Source: Psammoneis japonica (taxonomy: Eukaryota). Taken from it: DNA of 64,000 bases. The position numbers and the translations under genes were made by a program. The stretch is taken from NCBI GenBank assembly GCA_008632985.1, contig QPGO01000163.1:62001-126000 (forward strand). Reading direction: 5' to 3'. The notes beneath the pieces are model-generated. The model saw nothing but the letters and a program-made list of their open reading frames with translations. It had not been told where the DNA came from and searched no databases. Of this stretch, positions 1 to 11,569 are shown piece after piece (position 1 is the stretch's first letter; the number at the start of each line of letters is the position of its first letter).

Positions 1-1066
1 TTCGTGTGTTTTTTTGTTGAAAAGGAGAGGGCAGTTCACTGCTGTCAAGAGCCAGACATGCACCACAGCTCAAGTTGACCATGGGAGGAATGGCTGCGCA
101 CCAACGGGTGTGCCTTCGATTCCCTTGGAGGTGATTTCAACTCATGTTGTCAGGTGACAAACAAAATCCAAGCCGATGTCATTGGGATTTCTGAAACTTG
201 TTTGGACATGTCCCAACCTCAGATTGCTCAGACATGTCAATCAGTGGTCCAAAACACATTGCACTGCAGTCGTGTTGCCTTCTCAGCATCGTCACCAGTG
301 TTCACAACTCCCTGCAAACCAGGAGGCACAGTCATCACATCCTGAAACTCCATTGCTTCCCGGTTTCACACAAAGAGTGAGGACTCACCAGGCAGATGGT
401 CAACTCAGATGTTCAACGGGAAACAGGGAAAACAGGTGATGTTCATTTCTTGCTGTTGTGTGTGCCGGAACAATTCTTCCACCGCGGGAAAAACTGCCGC
501 TTGTGCCCAACAAGTCAATTTGCTCCAACAGCAAGGTCGCGCACAACCTGAGCCAAGGCGGGCCTTTTGTTCTGATCTTTCCCACATCCTGGAAGCTTTT
601 CTGGACCATCCTCACTGTGAAGTTGTTCTCTTTGGAGATTTTAGTGCAGATTTTTGTCTCATGACACTGACCCATTGGCTTGCATGGCCGCACGTTTCAA
701 CCTGTCTGATGTTGTGTTCCAACAGATGCAAGAAATGGATTTTGCAGCTTGTCTCTGAGGATCTTGTCATCTTGACCACGTGTTGGCGACTCCAGGGGAA
801 CTTAATTTGGTGTTGCAATGTGGTTGCAAACCGTTTGGATGCCGCGTCTCTTCCGATCACCTCGCGTGTTTTGTGGATTTCGATGCGGAAAAGCTTTTTG
901 GCAACTTGCAGCTAGACACTCCAAAACCCACTCAGCAAACTCTCCAAACGAATTCTCCACAACAAGTTGCAACACATTTGGATGCCATTGGTCCCGTGTT
1001 AGAGAGTGGGAATGTTCTTCAGTGTAGCATGTTGCTTCTTGAGGCCACAACCCCCGATCATCTTTT

Positions 1067-1462
1067 GGCGCGTTCCAGCTCTAGGTGGGACCTCGCACTG
1101 CTGAACTGTGACACAATTATTTTTTATCATCCGTCGCATGTTTCGCACGTACATTTCTACGTGTTCCATTGTAAAAAATTGTTCCACACTGCCTGTTTTG
1201 CGAAGCCAAAGGCTTTCTGTTATCTAAATTTATGACAATAAAAATGCGCTGGGTGTGTTCTTTAATGTCTGAAGAACACACCCGGGCATGCTGTAAAGAA
1301 TGTACTTCAAGTGTGGAGGAGGAGATACGTTCGCAAAATTGCCTCTTTTTCTGTTGGCGATAATTCATGTATTCATTGCTTGACAATTTTACTGCAGAGC
1401 TCGCACGTAGAATTCTACGGGCCCAATGTCACAAAAAGTCCCACCCAGGACTGGAACCCGTC
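1067..1462 (+). mobile_element. MITE, GAC-terminus family, subfamily A copy 1 (396 bp)
   Basis: Imperfect ~26-bp TIRs (GGCGCGTTCCAGCTCTAGGTGGGAC / GTCCCACCCAGGACTGGAACCCGTC); 4-bp TSD TTTT at 1063-1066 and 1463-1466; homologous to 2324-2720. Confidence 0.9.
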
Positions 1463-2323
1463 TTTTAGCGGAACGCTTGGATCGTGACATGACAAAGTTT
1501 TGTGTCTCTGCTGCCAAACAATGCCGACAGCATCATGAAGCTGCTTGGTCCCTCAAGTTGGCTGATCTGCGGAAGAAAGTCTTTGTTCTGTCTCGACTGC
1601 TGTCCATGTGCAAAAACCGAGTGCACACTTCATGGCACCGATTGTTCGAGAATGATGCAGAGTGCGAGAGTCTTTCACGCTGCTGTCTGCTCAAGCAGAT
1701 TGTCAATCGGCTCTCTGTCAAGCTCAGTTGGAATGCAAACAAATGGCTTGTGAGAGCCTGATGCACAGGGAAAAAGAAAGAGACAAATGCATCGCAGCAC
1801 CAGATTTGGAGAACACACCGGAAGCCGCCAAAGAGTCCAAGATCCTGCGGAATCTCAGGTGCGCTGAAGAAATGACCTGAGTGTTCTGCAAAACAAATGC
1901 CTTTGCAGACAAAGACAACTCCAGCGCAAGCAACATCCAGGTCCCTGCTGATCCTTCTGAAAATCCTAAAACCTGTGACTCCTGGGTGACAGTTGACTGC
2001 CCGGCTGATGTCACTTCGGCCCTCATTGCACAAAACAAGAAGCACTTTGGCCAAGCTCACAGGACCCTGCTCACAGTGCCTCCCTTGGCACTTGGACTCG
2101 GACATGCAGGAAATGCGGTCATGGCAGAATTGACACTCGATGGTGATTGCGACACCTTTGGTTTGTCTGAAGCCACGGCTTTGCTGTCAACACACCTCCG
2201 TCGCTGCTCTCCTGTCTCTGTTTCAAATTTCCTCACTGCAGAAGACTTGCATGGGAAATTCAAATTGTGGTCTGAACTCACCTCAATGTCTCTCAAGTCT
2301 GGCTTGCATCTCGGACATTGGAA

Positions 2324-2720
2324 GACGCGTTCCAGCTCCAGGTGGGACCTCGCACCACTGCACTGTGACATCAACAGTTTTTTGGATCGCGTCGCATGTC
2401 GCGCGCGCACATTTCTACGTGTCATGTTCTACGAAATTGTTTCATGCTCCCTGTTTTGCAAAGCCAAAGGCTTTCTATTTTCAACATTTGTGAGAACAAA
2501 AATGTGCTGGGTACATTCTTTAATGTCTGAAGAACACACCCGGGCAAACTGTCAATGATGTGCTCCAAGCATGAAGGAGGAGATGCGTTCGTAAAATTGC
2601 CTCTTTTTCTGTTGGCAATCGTTTGTATTTTCATTGCAGCATAAATTTACTACGGAGCTCACACGCAGAATTCTACGGGCCCAATGTCACACGGAGTCCC
2701 ACCCAGGACTGGAACCCGTC
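2324..2720 (+). mobile_element. MITE, GAC-terminus family, subfamily A copy 2 (397 bp)
   Basis: Termini GACGCGTTCCAG...CTGGAACCCGTC; 4-bp TSD GGAA at 2320-2323 and 2721-2724. Confidence 0.92.
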
Positions 2721-2891
2721 GGAAGGCCATGCATGCTGACCATCTCCATTCCAAGGCTTGTGACAAACAATCACAGGAAACGAGATCAACCCATGTTGCA
2801 CGACGTGATGGGGGAGTGAAATCGACATGTTGGGTGTCCCCTGTCATGCGCTCCACACGATTTCACCATGAACGCATCTTGGGGGGTTTGC

Positions 2892-2950
2892 GTGCATGCA
2901 GAGGGAGTGCATGTCACGTGACCCCCCACATGCACTCCCCTTGCATGCAC
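2892..2950. repeat. Inverted repeat, 23-bp arms with 13-nt spacer, possibly the core of a decayed foldback element
   Basis: GTGCATGCAGAGGGAGTGCATGT (2892-2914) versus ACATGCACTCCCCTTGCATGCAC (2928-2950), 2 mismatches. Confidence 0.65.
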
Positions 2951-3359
2951 CTGTCCACGTCATGCCCACGTCATCATGAACACCTCCAAGGTGCTTTGCA
3001 TTGTCACAACTGCGTCATCCTCTCCCACGTCATCCTGACATCATAACGTTTTAATGTTTGTGACCATCAAAACAACTGCTCCACGTCACCAATTGCAGCA
3101 CACCACCTTTTAAACACAGGCTCTTTTTAGAATGCATGCATGGTGGGATTTTTCCCGATGCTGGCAACGACAGAAGCCGACGCCCCTTTTCTACAGCAGG
3201 TTCTACAACAGCCAGTCATTGCGCAACAGTTTCTTTGTTCATTTTAACCACAACAAAGAGCACTGTGGAGCATCATTGCATTTGGCAGAAATGTTGAACT
3301 GCCCAAACTAACAACTGTCATGCCACACATCACTGATGAAACAAGCTGCCGCATTGACC

Positions 3360-4526
3360 TCAGTTGCTTTGCCTCGACTTGCGACCACGCCCTTCCACAG
3401 GCACAGCCTGCTCAAAACATTCACCTGCACAATGCACCATTCCACAACAACCGTGATTTTTTCCATCACACAACCACGCTTTTTTCTTGTCATTCTTTTC
3501 CCACTTGTGATTGCGCCCGGCTTTCTTGCCCACCAAACCTGCAACTTCCCACCAACTCTCACACAGATGGAAATGATCCTGGCTTTTTTGATCATGGCAA
3601 TTGCACTTCAAATTGTTTTTAATTGCAAGTCGTTGCAAGTCATTGCTGCAATCCCAACAAAACATTTTGTTGTTCTCATCTGCCAACGAACAGGTTGCGT
3701 GCACGGACGCAGCACACAAATGACACTTCAACTTGTTTGACACAGTCGTGTTGCAGACCAGGCACTTGGGTTCAACCGGCTTGGATTGGGGCTTTGGTTT
3801 GGCCTTGGGGGCTTTTGCTGATGGTGCTGCTTTAGACTTAGAACGCTTGGTTCCTGTTTTGGCACGCTTGGTGCTCACGTTCAAACCCCTGGTTAAATTT
3901 GGCAGCACACCAGATGCCTGTTGCTGTGCCAGTTGCCTTGCCAAGTCAATCTGATCAGTTGTGTCTGTTTCAACCTTTCCATTTTTGCGCTCTTTTCTGG
4001 CTCTGTCTCCCAGTGCTCGATGATTGTTTTTTGCCACCTGCTGTTCCAATGAAAAACAGGTTGGCACGGTGCCAACCGCTGATGTGTTGCCGCACCCGTC
4101 TTGACTTGCCTTTTTGATTCTTTCACGCTGTTCCATCAACTTGGCCTCATCACCACGTTGCTGCATTCTTGCTGCGTACAAGTTCATGCCCTGCAAAACT
4201 TCATCACTTGGATTCCTCTGATCCATTGCATGAGCATTGGTGCTCCATGTGGCTTTGCCATTTTCGTCACTTGCTCTCATGTTTGCTGCACAAGCACCTT
4301 GCAATCCCACGTCGTTGTGTGCATGGCACCGTTCAATGCAGCCAGTCCATGGCTGTGCTGTCATTCTCTTGGATCTCTTGCCAAAACGTCTCCTGGCTTT
4401 CTTCTGCACTTGTTGTGGTTGCATAACGTCCGCAGAGATCTGCAGGCTGTTGCGTTCCAGTTGCAGCTGCAGAGTGCTTGTTGTGGCAAACATTCTCCTT
4501 TTTTCTGGACAATTTTTGTGCTTCAT
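3360..4526 (-). pseudogene. Transposon-associated ORF with PHD-type zinc finger and a second Cys cluster
   Basis: CLVC...CHLCAASVHATC...FCWDC fits C4HC3 PHD spacing; its C-terminal CDGKNHGCCGMV segment recurs near 46040-46140; TpA-depleted. Confidence 0.55.
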
Positions 4527-4529
4527 GCA

Positions 4530-6050
4530 ATGATGTCTTCAATTGTGTGATGTCACCATCAGACCAAGCCATGGACTTCAACCAATCTGGCACAGGTTGA
4601 TCTGTGGGTTCTTGTCTGGATCCCATCTGAGAGCCCAACAGACAGGATGCACAAGCTTTGGAAGCAACATGTTGTCATTGCAGTGCTGGAGCTTTTTGTT
4701 TGCGATGGACATGCCACTCTTGTCATTCTTGTCTGCACGAAAAAGGACCACAAGATGGCCGTTGATTTCTGCAGGGCAGGTGTTTGTAGATGTTGGCTGG
4801 TGAAAATCCAGAATTTCAACAGCCAAGATGCCATCGGGACAACTCTCAACAGGAAGCTCCTCCTTGGTGAGACCAGCAACCACAACATGTGGAGGCGCCA
4901 TCAAGCCACCAGCTGCGTGAGCAAAGGTGAGCCCCACTCAAAGGCCACCCCACTCAAAGGATTGTTGTCAACCTTGCACCTTGAGTGCACCCCAGCCTCC
5001 TCCTTTGGATCAATGAGTTTCCAGCTCCATTTGCCCTTTTCCTTGGCTCCTTCAAAAGCAAAAACAGCGCAGCATCATTGGTCAACAGCAGAAGATTGGG
5101 GTTGACAGGAAATGTTTTCTCTGCACTCCATGCTTTTTTCACATGATCAACAGTTTCCTTTGTGCCATCACTGAGCTCAGACTTGTCACAATGCTCCCAT
5201 CCTCTCTGGGGTTTGGGCCACTCAATGAAGTGCATGTCAAGGACCACATTTTGATGTGTCAATGCTGCTTGAATTGAGCTCACACTGACAAAGTGCATCT
5301 CCATCTGACTTGCTGTTTTCCTGTCTGTCAACAAGCACTGTGCACCCTTTCTCATGGCATGTGAAATCAATTGAAGTTTGGCAGCATCATTTGAGACTTC
5401 AACACCGCTTTGCTCTTCCATCACTTCTTTTGCTTCAGGAAGGCCAAACATTTTTCCACCAGTGGCTTTAACCTTCTTAATGAAAAGCACTTGAGCAGTG
5501 GCATGGCTTGTCAGGTGGGGCCAACCAACACGTCCTGAGGGTCCCTTCCTTGGCAGATTGCAGACATTTGAGATGTCAGAGCATGGACACCACTTTGACT
5601 GAAAAGCACACTGAATGGCCTTCCTTCTTTCTTTGCTCTCTTTTGGGAGGCAAGCAATGTGCTCGTAGAGCTCTTGCTTTGTCCAACCAATGGATCTGTT
5701 GATGGGGTCAAGGACAGGTGGACCAGAGTTGATGTCGTTTGGTGGTGTTGCAAGCTTTGCCCTTTTTGATCATCTCACTTCAACATTTGGATCCTTTTCT
5801 TTCAAAGCTGTTGCCTTCTTCACACTCTTGGGTGCTCTCATGAAAGACTTTGGCTGCCAAAGAGGGTCCAGGGGCGGATTGTCATGACACTCCTCAGCTT
5901 TTGCTGAATCACATGGCTTTGACAAACATTTCACAGTTGAGAGTTTGCCAACCTGCTTGCATCCCTTGGAACACATCTTCTCAGAAGTCTCCGCCAACAC
6001 ACCTGGTTTTTTGCAAGAGGCTTCTAGATTTAGCCAACTCAGCTTCATTT
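4530..6050 (-). mobile_element. Decayed putative DDE (pogo/Tc1-like) transposase
   Basis: Fragmented frames with LLLTND, TFAHAAGGLMAPPHVVVAG and AWSDGD resemble the DDE_1-type core (AxGxxxPPxII; DG). Family call is by eye only. Confidence 0.4.
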
Positions 6051-6479
6051 TTCAATTCCTTTGCCACAGTTTTAATGTTCTTGACTTGATCAAGTAACTC
6101 TGGCATCTCTCATGCGCCTTGAGCATGTTGTGTGTCAACAACATGTTTCCTGTTTTGTGGTTTCTCACTTCTGCCACCATTGCCTCTTCCATTGGCATGG
6201 AAGCCATCATGTTGAGACTCTCTCATGTTGTGACAAACATCATCATGAAACCACCTTGCGCCTGTCACCCTCATGTTTGAATTCAAACAAGTGGGTTTGA
6301 ATTTTAGTTCTGAATCATTGAAGCACTTTGCGCCAAAGAATGAAACAAAAAGCATCAACAATTGCAAGAACGAGACCAACCGCCAAGTGACAACAGAGAG
6401 ATGCACACAGCACCTCCTTTTTTAAAACACATTTCTGATGTGGTGTCAAGGCACCACAACAGGTCATGACACGTGCAGT

Positions 6480-9190
6480 GCACAGTTAATTTGGTGTCTT
6501 GCAAGTGGCGGCAATCAATTGGCCATTGTCACAGGTGAGAAGATTGTTTGAAGATCAATTGCAAAAGCAAAAACTCTTCTGTTTGCGCTTCCCCGCACAC
6601 AAAAATGTGGCCAATTTGTCAATGTGGTCAATTTTCTGCATGACTGGCTGGGACTGGAACTTGTCCGGTGTGCTTTGTGATGCCTGTGGTGGAGTTTCCC
6701 TTTCAAAGGAAGTGCGCTGGGCACTCTGGTTGGGTGTCACAGAAAACTGCACAGACAATCCCACCTGAGTCTGGGAGGCCCATCATTCACAAGGACGTGT
6801 GGGCTCTCACCAAGGATGACTTGAATGCTGACACAATGAGCAACCGTTTGGAACTTCTAGATGCTGCACTTTCTGTCAAACTGGGTCAGGATGCAACCAA
6901 GAATGATGAGTCCCTGCCAAATCCACCAGAAGATCTCTTCACCAATGATGAAAAGAATGTGGGGCCATTTGACTCTGACTCATCACACCCCAAGGTGGAT
7001 GAACATGCACCCAAGGAGATGGATGAACATCCCATGGCAGAGGTGTTGTTGCCTGGGGGTGGTGAACTTAAACATGCAAAGGTCACAAGCCCTGAAATGC
7101 AGTGTGGACAGAGTGGAGTTGCCAGACAGATCCACTGATGCTTTCACGGCCAACGCAATTGCTGAGAATGTCTTCTCCCAAGCAGATGATGGAGGCAGGA
7201 CGCACCAGATTGTGAAGGAGATTGTGGGTCACCAAAGTGACGCACGCATCATTGGCAAGGACGATGGGTGTTGCACCACCCGCACAAGCACTTGAAGACC
7301 CAGATGGACCACTGTCAGATGGGACCTGCAGATCAAATGGAAGGGCAGAACATCCAACTGGATGCCTCTCTCTGAAGTCAAGGAATCGTTCCGGACACAA
7401 GTGGCTGAGCATGCAGTTGCCAACAAGATTGCAAGAGAGACAGCATTCAACTGGTGGGTGCAGGACGTCCTGCATTGCTGTTCCAGGATGGTCATGAAAG
7501 TCAAGACTGGGTGCTGGAAGCACATGTGCAAATTTGGGATCAAGCTCCCAAAGACTGTGTCACAGGCACTTGAGATTGACCAAAAGACAGGACTGGACCT
7601 TTGGATGGAGGCAATCAAGAATGAGATGAAGAGTGTCATGCCTGCATTTGAATTCTCTGAGGATGATGAGATGCCATTTGGGTGCAAACAGGTCCAGTGT
7701 CATGTGGTGTTTGACATCAAGACATGCCTCACCCGGAAGGCCCGTTGTGTTGCAGGGGATCATCCGACAGAACCACCCAAGGAGTTGAATTGCTCCAGTG
7801 CAGTCTCTCATGACAGTGTCAGGACAGCCTCAACTGTCGCCACACTTGATGATCTTGACATCATGTGCACAGACACACAAAACACTTGCCTTGATGCAAA
7901 GACCAAGGAATGGTGTTGTGCTGCTGCTGGCCTGGAATTTGGGAAGCAAAACAAGAACAGACCCATCAAGATTGTTGGGGCACTTCATGGTCTCAAGAGA
8001 TCTGGAACTGCACTCTGCCACCACATGGCTGCCACATTTCATGAAGCAGGGCTCCACTCTAGCAAAGGGGGTCCCAATGTTTGGATGTGCAAGGCAGTGA
8101 AGCCAGGTGGCTTCTCAAGTGTTGGGAACATGCACTTGCATGTGGACTCCATGGCTTCCCGCTGTGTCCTCAAGGAAGGAAGTGTCATGGAGCCAGAAGA
8201 GTGCCTTGGCGCACAGATCTGAAAGCACCAATTGCCTGAGTCAGATGGCAAGATGCATTGTCCTCTGATTTGCACGTCAAAAGGGCAATTGCTGACATTG
8301 AATTTGAGCTCTGCCAGGCTGGCAGAAGCCTCAAGTCCAAGGCTTCAACCCCCTTGAGATCTGGGCACAGACCGGAACTTGACAGTTCCCTGGGAACTGG
8401 GTGCCTGGAGGGCAAGCCACTGCCAGGGACTCATTGGGGCATTGTGCTGGATGGTGGAACAGGGGTGCATTGACATCATTGTGGCCGTTTCACTCATGTC
8501 ACCACATCCAGCCGCCCCGAGGGTGGGTCATTTGGACAAAGTGCTGCACACATTTGCACATTTGAAAGCACATGCAAAGTCACTCTGTGATGGTGTTTGA
8601 TGACGCTGAGCCTGCTTTTGATCAGTCTTGTTTTCAAAAGTGTGACTGGTCTGAGTGTCATCCTGAAGCAGCCAAAGAGCTGTTCCAATGGACACTCCCA
8701 AAGCATGGGGGATTCGGGTCACTGCCACTTGTTTTGTCAATGCGAGTCATGCTTGCTGTTGTGTGACTTGAAGATCTCACACTGGAACAACAATTTTCAT
8801 GCAATGGGCATCAATCTTGTGGTGCTCTAAATGGCAGAACACTGCAGAGTCATCAACTTTTGGGTTAGAATTTGTTGCGATGAAAACTGTGGTCAAGCAG
8901 ATCAAGGCCTTGCATCACAAGCTTTGGATGCTTGGGATCCCAGTGGAGGGGGTGCCGACCAATGTCTTTTGTGATGACAAGGCCATGTTCAAGAATTTGA
9001 CTTGACCAGAGTCAATGCTTGAGAAGAAACACAGTGCCATTGCCTGTCACCGGAGCTGCAAAGGTGCAAGCAGCGGGTGTTGTGTCACCTGGGATGATGG
9101 ATGCACAAATCCAGTGGATGTGCTCACCAAGCTCATGCCCGGACAAAAGCTGTGATTGGCTCATTCGTCACATGCTGTGGTGAACAGATT
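6480..9190 (+). mobile_element. Decayed Ty1/copia (CoDi-like) pol: integrase C-terminus, RT and RNase H
   Basis: CHVVFDIKTCLTRKARCVAG, ALHGLKRSG, CQGLIGALCW and WCSKWQNTAESSTFGLEFVAMK...NVFCDD match copia RT/RNase H motifs, with Tyr replaced by Cys/His. No LTR identified. Confidence 0.9.
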
Positions 9191-10720
9191 CATCCAAAAT
9201 GGACAAACCAGGATTTTCTCCTCCAAAATGGAGGGGTTTTGCCCACCCCACATGAAGAAGCAATTCCCTGGAATGGGGCGGCAATGCAGAAGGTGCAGGT
9301 TGTGTCGAGCTGACCCGACTGGGACCACTGATGCCAGCTCATGGGGACTGAGCAATTCCAGCCATGCCATCGTCAAATGAGTGCCAGGACCATTTGGCAA
9401 AGAACACCACTGTTGCTCAAACATTGGGTGGTGCAGAGTGACCCTCACATTTTTTTAGAATCCTGTTGATTGCTGCACAGCACTTTTCTGTCGCATCTTG
9501 TCAATTTCTTAGCGGCTGTGGCATGATTTGCTCATTTCTTCAAACTTGCCCTGATTTTCTAGACTCAATCCAATGTTGTTGTAAATTGATGCCGTGCTGA
9601 GATGATTTGGGCCCAAGATGACTTCACAAACTGCAAGACACTTGCAACGTTCCACCAACGCAGCATTGCATTCTCCAATTTCCTTGCAAATTGTCCCAAC
9701 ATTGCAGGCCGTTCAAGCAATCTTGAGTTGCTCTCCATTTGTGGAATCACTCCATCCCAAATTTCCTCAGATTCGTGAGGCTCTGTTTTAGAGCACCAGT
9801 CAGGTTGCTGTCTTTTCAGAAGAGTGCAAACTTCAAAGTGTGCCGTGCACCGCAAATTGAACTTTGAGTTTTGGCTCCCTCTCTGTTCTGCTTTTTTTCC
9901 TGCTTTGATCATCCCCCACAGTCTGCAAGGAGAGTGCAAATGATTGTCATCTTTGTCCACAAGCTTGTCCTCAAACACCTGCACAAGCACTGTTGCATGC
10001 ATCTCATTGTTGCATTTGCACACATTCGGAATGGTTTTTTTTGCGCATCCACGACAACGGGGTCATTCACATCAAGTGGTTTTTGGCATGCCACTGCATT
10101 TTTGGGGTGAAGCACGGACTCGTTGGAGGTGCAGTGATTGACCTTGTGCTCCATGAAGCCACATCACAAAGCAATGACTTTTGCATTTTTTTTTCACACA
10201 CAGAAAACATTGGCATGGTGGGATTGCGGATCTTCAAAAAAAGAGCAGTCACCCACTCCAAAAAGTGGCGCTGTCTTGAGAGCGACACTTTGTTCCACAG
10301 GCTGCACTGGTGTTGCTCCAGTGCATGCAGTGCCGGCTGGCTTGACAGCAGCAAAATTGAAAGTGGCTTGGTGTTCCTCAGCACATCATGTGAAAGTGTC
10401 AGGGTTGAATTTTCTCCCACGAACACACCACGTTCTGCTCCCATCAGCCCACGTCCTGCACAGATGCAAGAGGGGTGCATTGACACCATCAGAGTGCACA
10501 ACATTGCAATGTCTGCACACATGATAAAAACATGTTGCCACATTGTAAAATCTTCTTATCTGCGTACGATGGTCTTTGTTGTGTGTTCAATTGTTGGTCT
10601 CATGCCATTCTTCATGTTGGAACACGGATCGTTTTAAATTTTATGCTGCACCTTTTTCACAACAACAAACGACATTTGTCAACAAGGCAAACATTGCAAT
10701 TGCATGCAACACCATTTTCA

Positions 10721-11194
10721 TCATGCAAAGTGTGCACCAATCATTTGATCAATTGCTGTGCTCCAATTTGCCCAGTCGTCCATCTTGTCCTCTTCGTTCC
10801 ATGTCTCTTGTCCGCTGTCTTGCATGAATTTCAGATGCGCCGCCGCCACGTTGGATGTTTCCTTGTCACCATTCCAAAATGGCCACATTGCACTTCTTGC
10901 ATTTGGGTGAACAAAATCTAGAGGAAGAGGTCCCTCAAAACGCCAAATGCACCACGGCGCATCGCTGCTCCCCTGCTGTTGATGGTTTGTCGTCGATGTC
11001 TTTTCCTCTTTCTTTCTTTTTTCTCCTGTCCTCTTTTTCTCTTCCTTCTTTGCTGTGGCGCTGCCTGTTTTTGCCGTCTCCGGTGTCTTTCCATCCGAAT
11101 CCTTCTTTTTCGTTGTTCCTGTTGCCCTTGCCTTCATCATCTCTTGTTGTTGTTGTTGTTTTTTCTTTTGTGTGTCACTGTGTTTTGGATCCAT
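10721..11194 (-). pseudogene. Lys/Gln-rich accessory ORF at the left end of the Plavaka-like element (homologue ~33620-34110)
   Basis: Poly-Q and Lys-rich tract followed by a Trp-rich segment, conserved between copies A and B. Confidence 0.4.
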
Positions 11195-11569
11195 GTTTCT
11201 GACTTCTCCCTGTGCTGTCTACATTTTCAAATGTTTCTTTGTGATTGTTGGTGCACGTCACTTGGGGGCACCCACGTGTTCATCAAGAGCTGTAACGCGC
11301 ATGTAGAAATCCATGTTGTTTTCCAGCACATGCACCCCTCTCCTGCTGGTGTTCCTCACAATGTTTTCTTCCGTCAATTCTGCACACCGCACTGCCCTTT
11401 CCCGGCATAAACTCGCGTGGGATTTTTCCGTGGGAGAAGTTGCACACGCGTCTGGCAGGTTTTTGTGCTTTTTTCTCCTGATCCTGCCAGGCGCGTGTGT
11501 GCCTTCTCCCATGCGCCACTCTGGCACATTTCTACAGAAACCAGAACATTGGGTGTTGGAACAGCAACC

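Larger units (their letters stand above)
60..2780 (+). mobile_element. Decayed non-LTR retrotransposon (LINE) ORF2 fragment: APE endonuclease and linker toward RT, interrupted by two MITEs
   Basis: Frameshifted segments carry APE motifs ADVIGISET, KPGGT, VVLFGDF and SSDHLACFVDFD, then SGLHLGHWKA. Reading frames rejoin when the MITEs at 1067 and 2324 are removed (DHLL|AERLDRD; GHWK|AM). Ends approximate. Confidence 0.75.

Noticed and set aside
6480..9190. Alternative genetic code or RNA editing to explain Cys/His at Tyr positions
   Set aside because: Neighbouring genes use TAT/TAC normally, both TGY and CAY outcomes occur, non-coding DNA is equally affected, and the ORFs are frameshifted.
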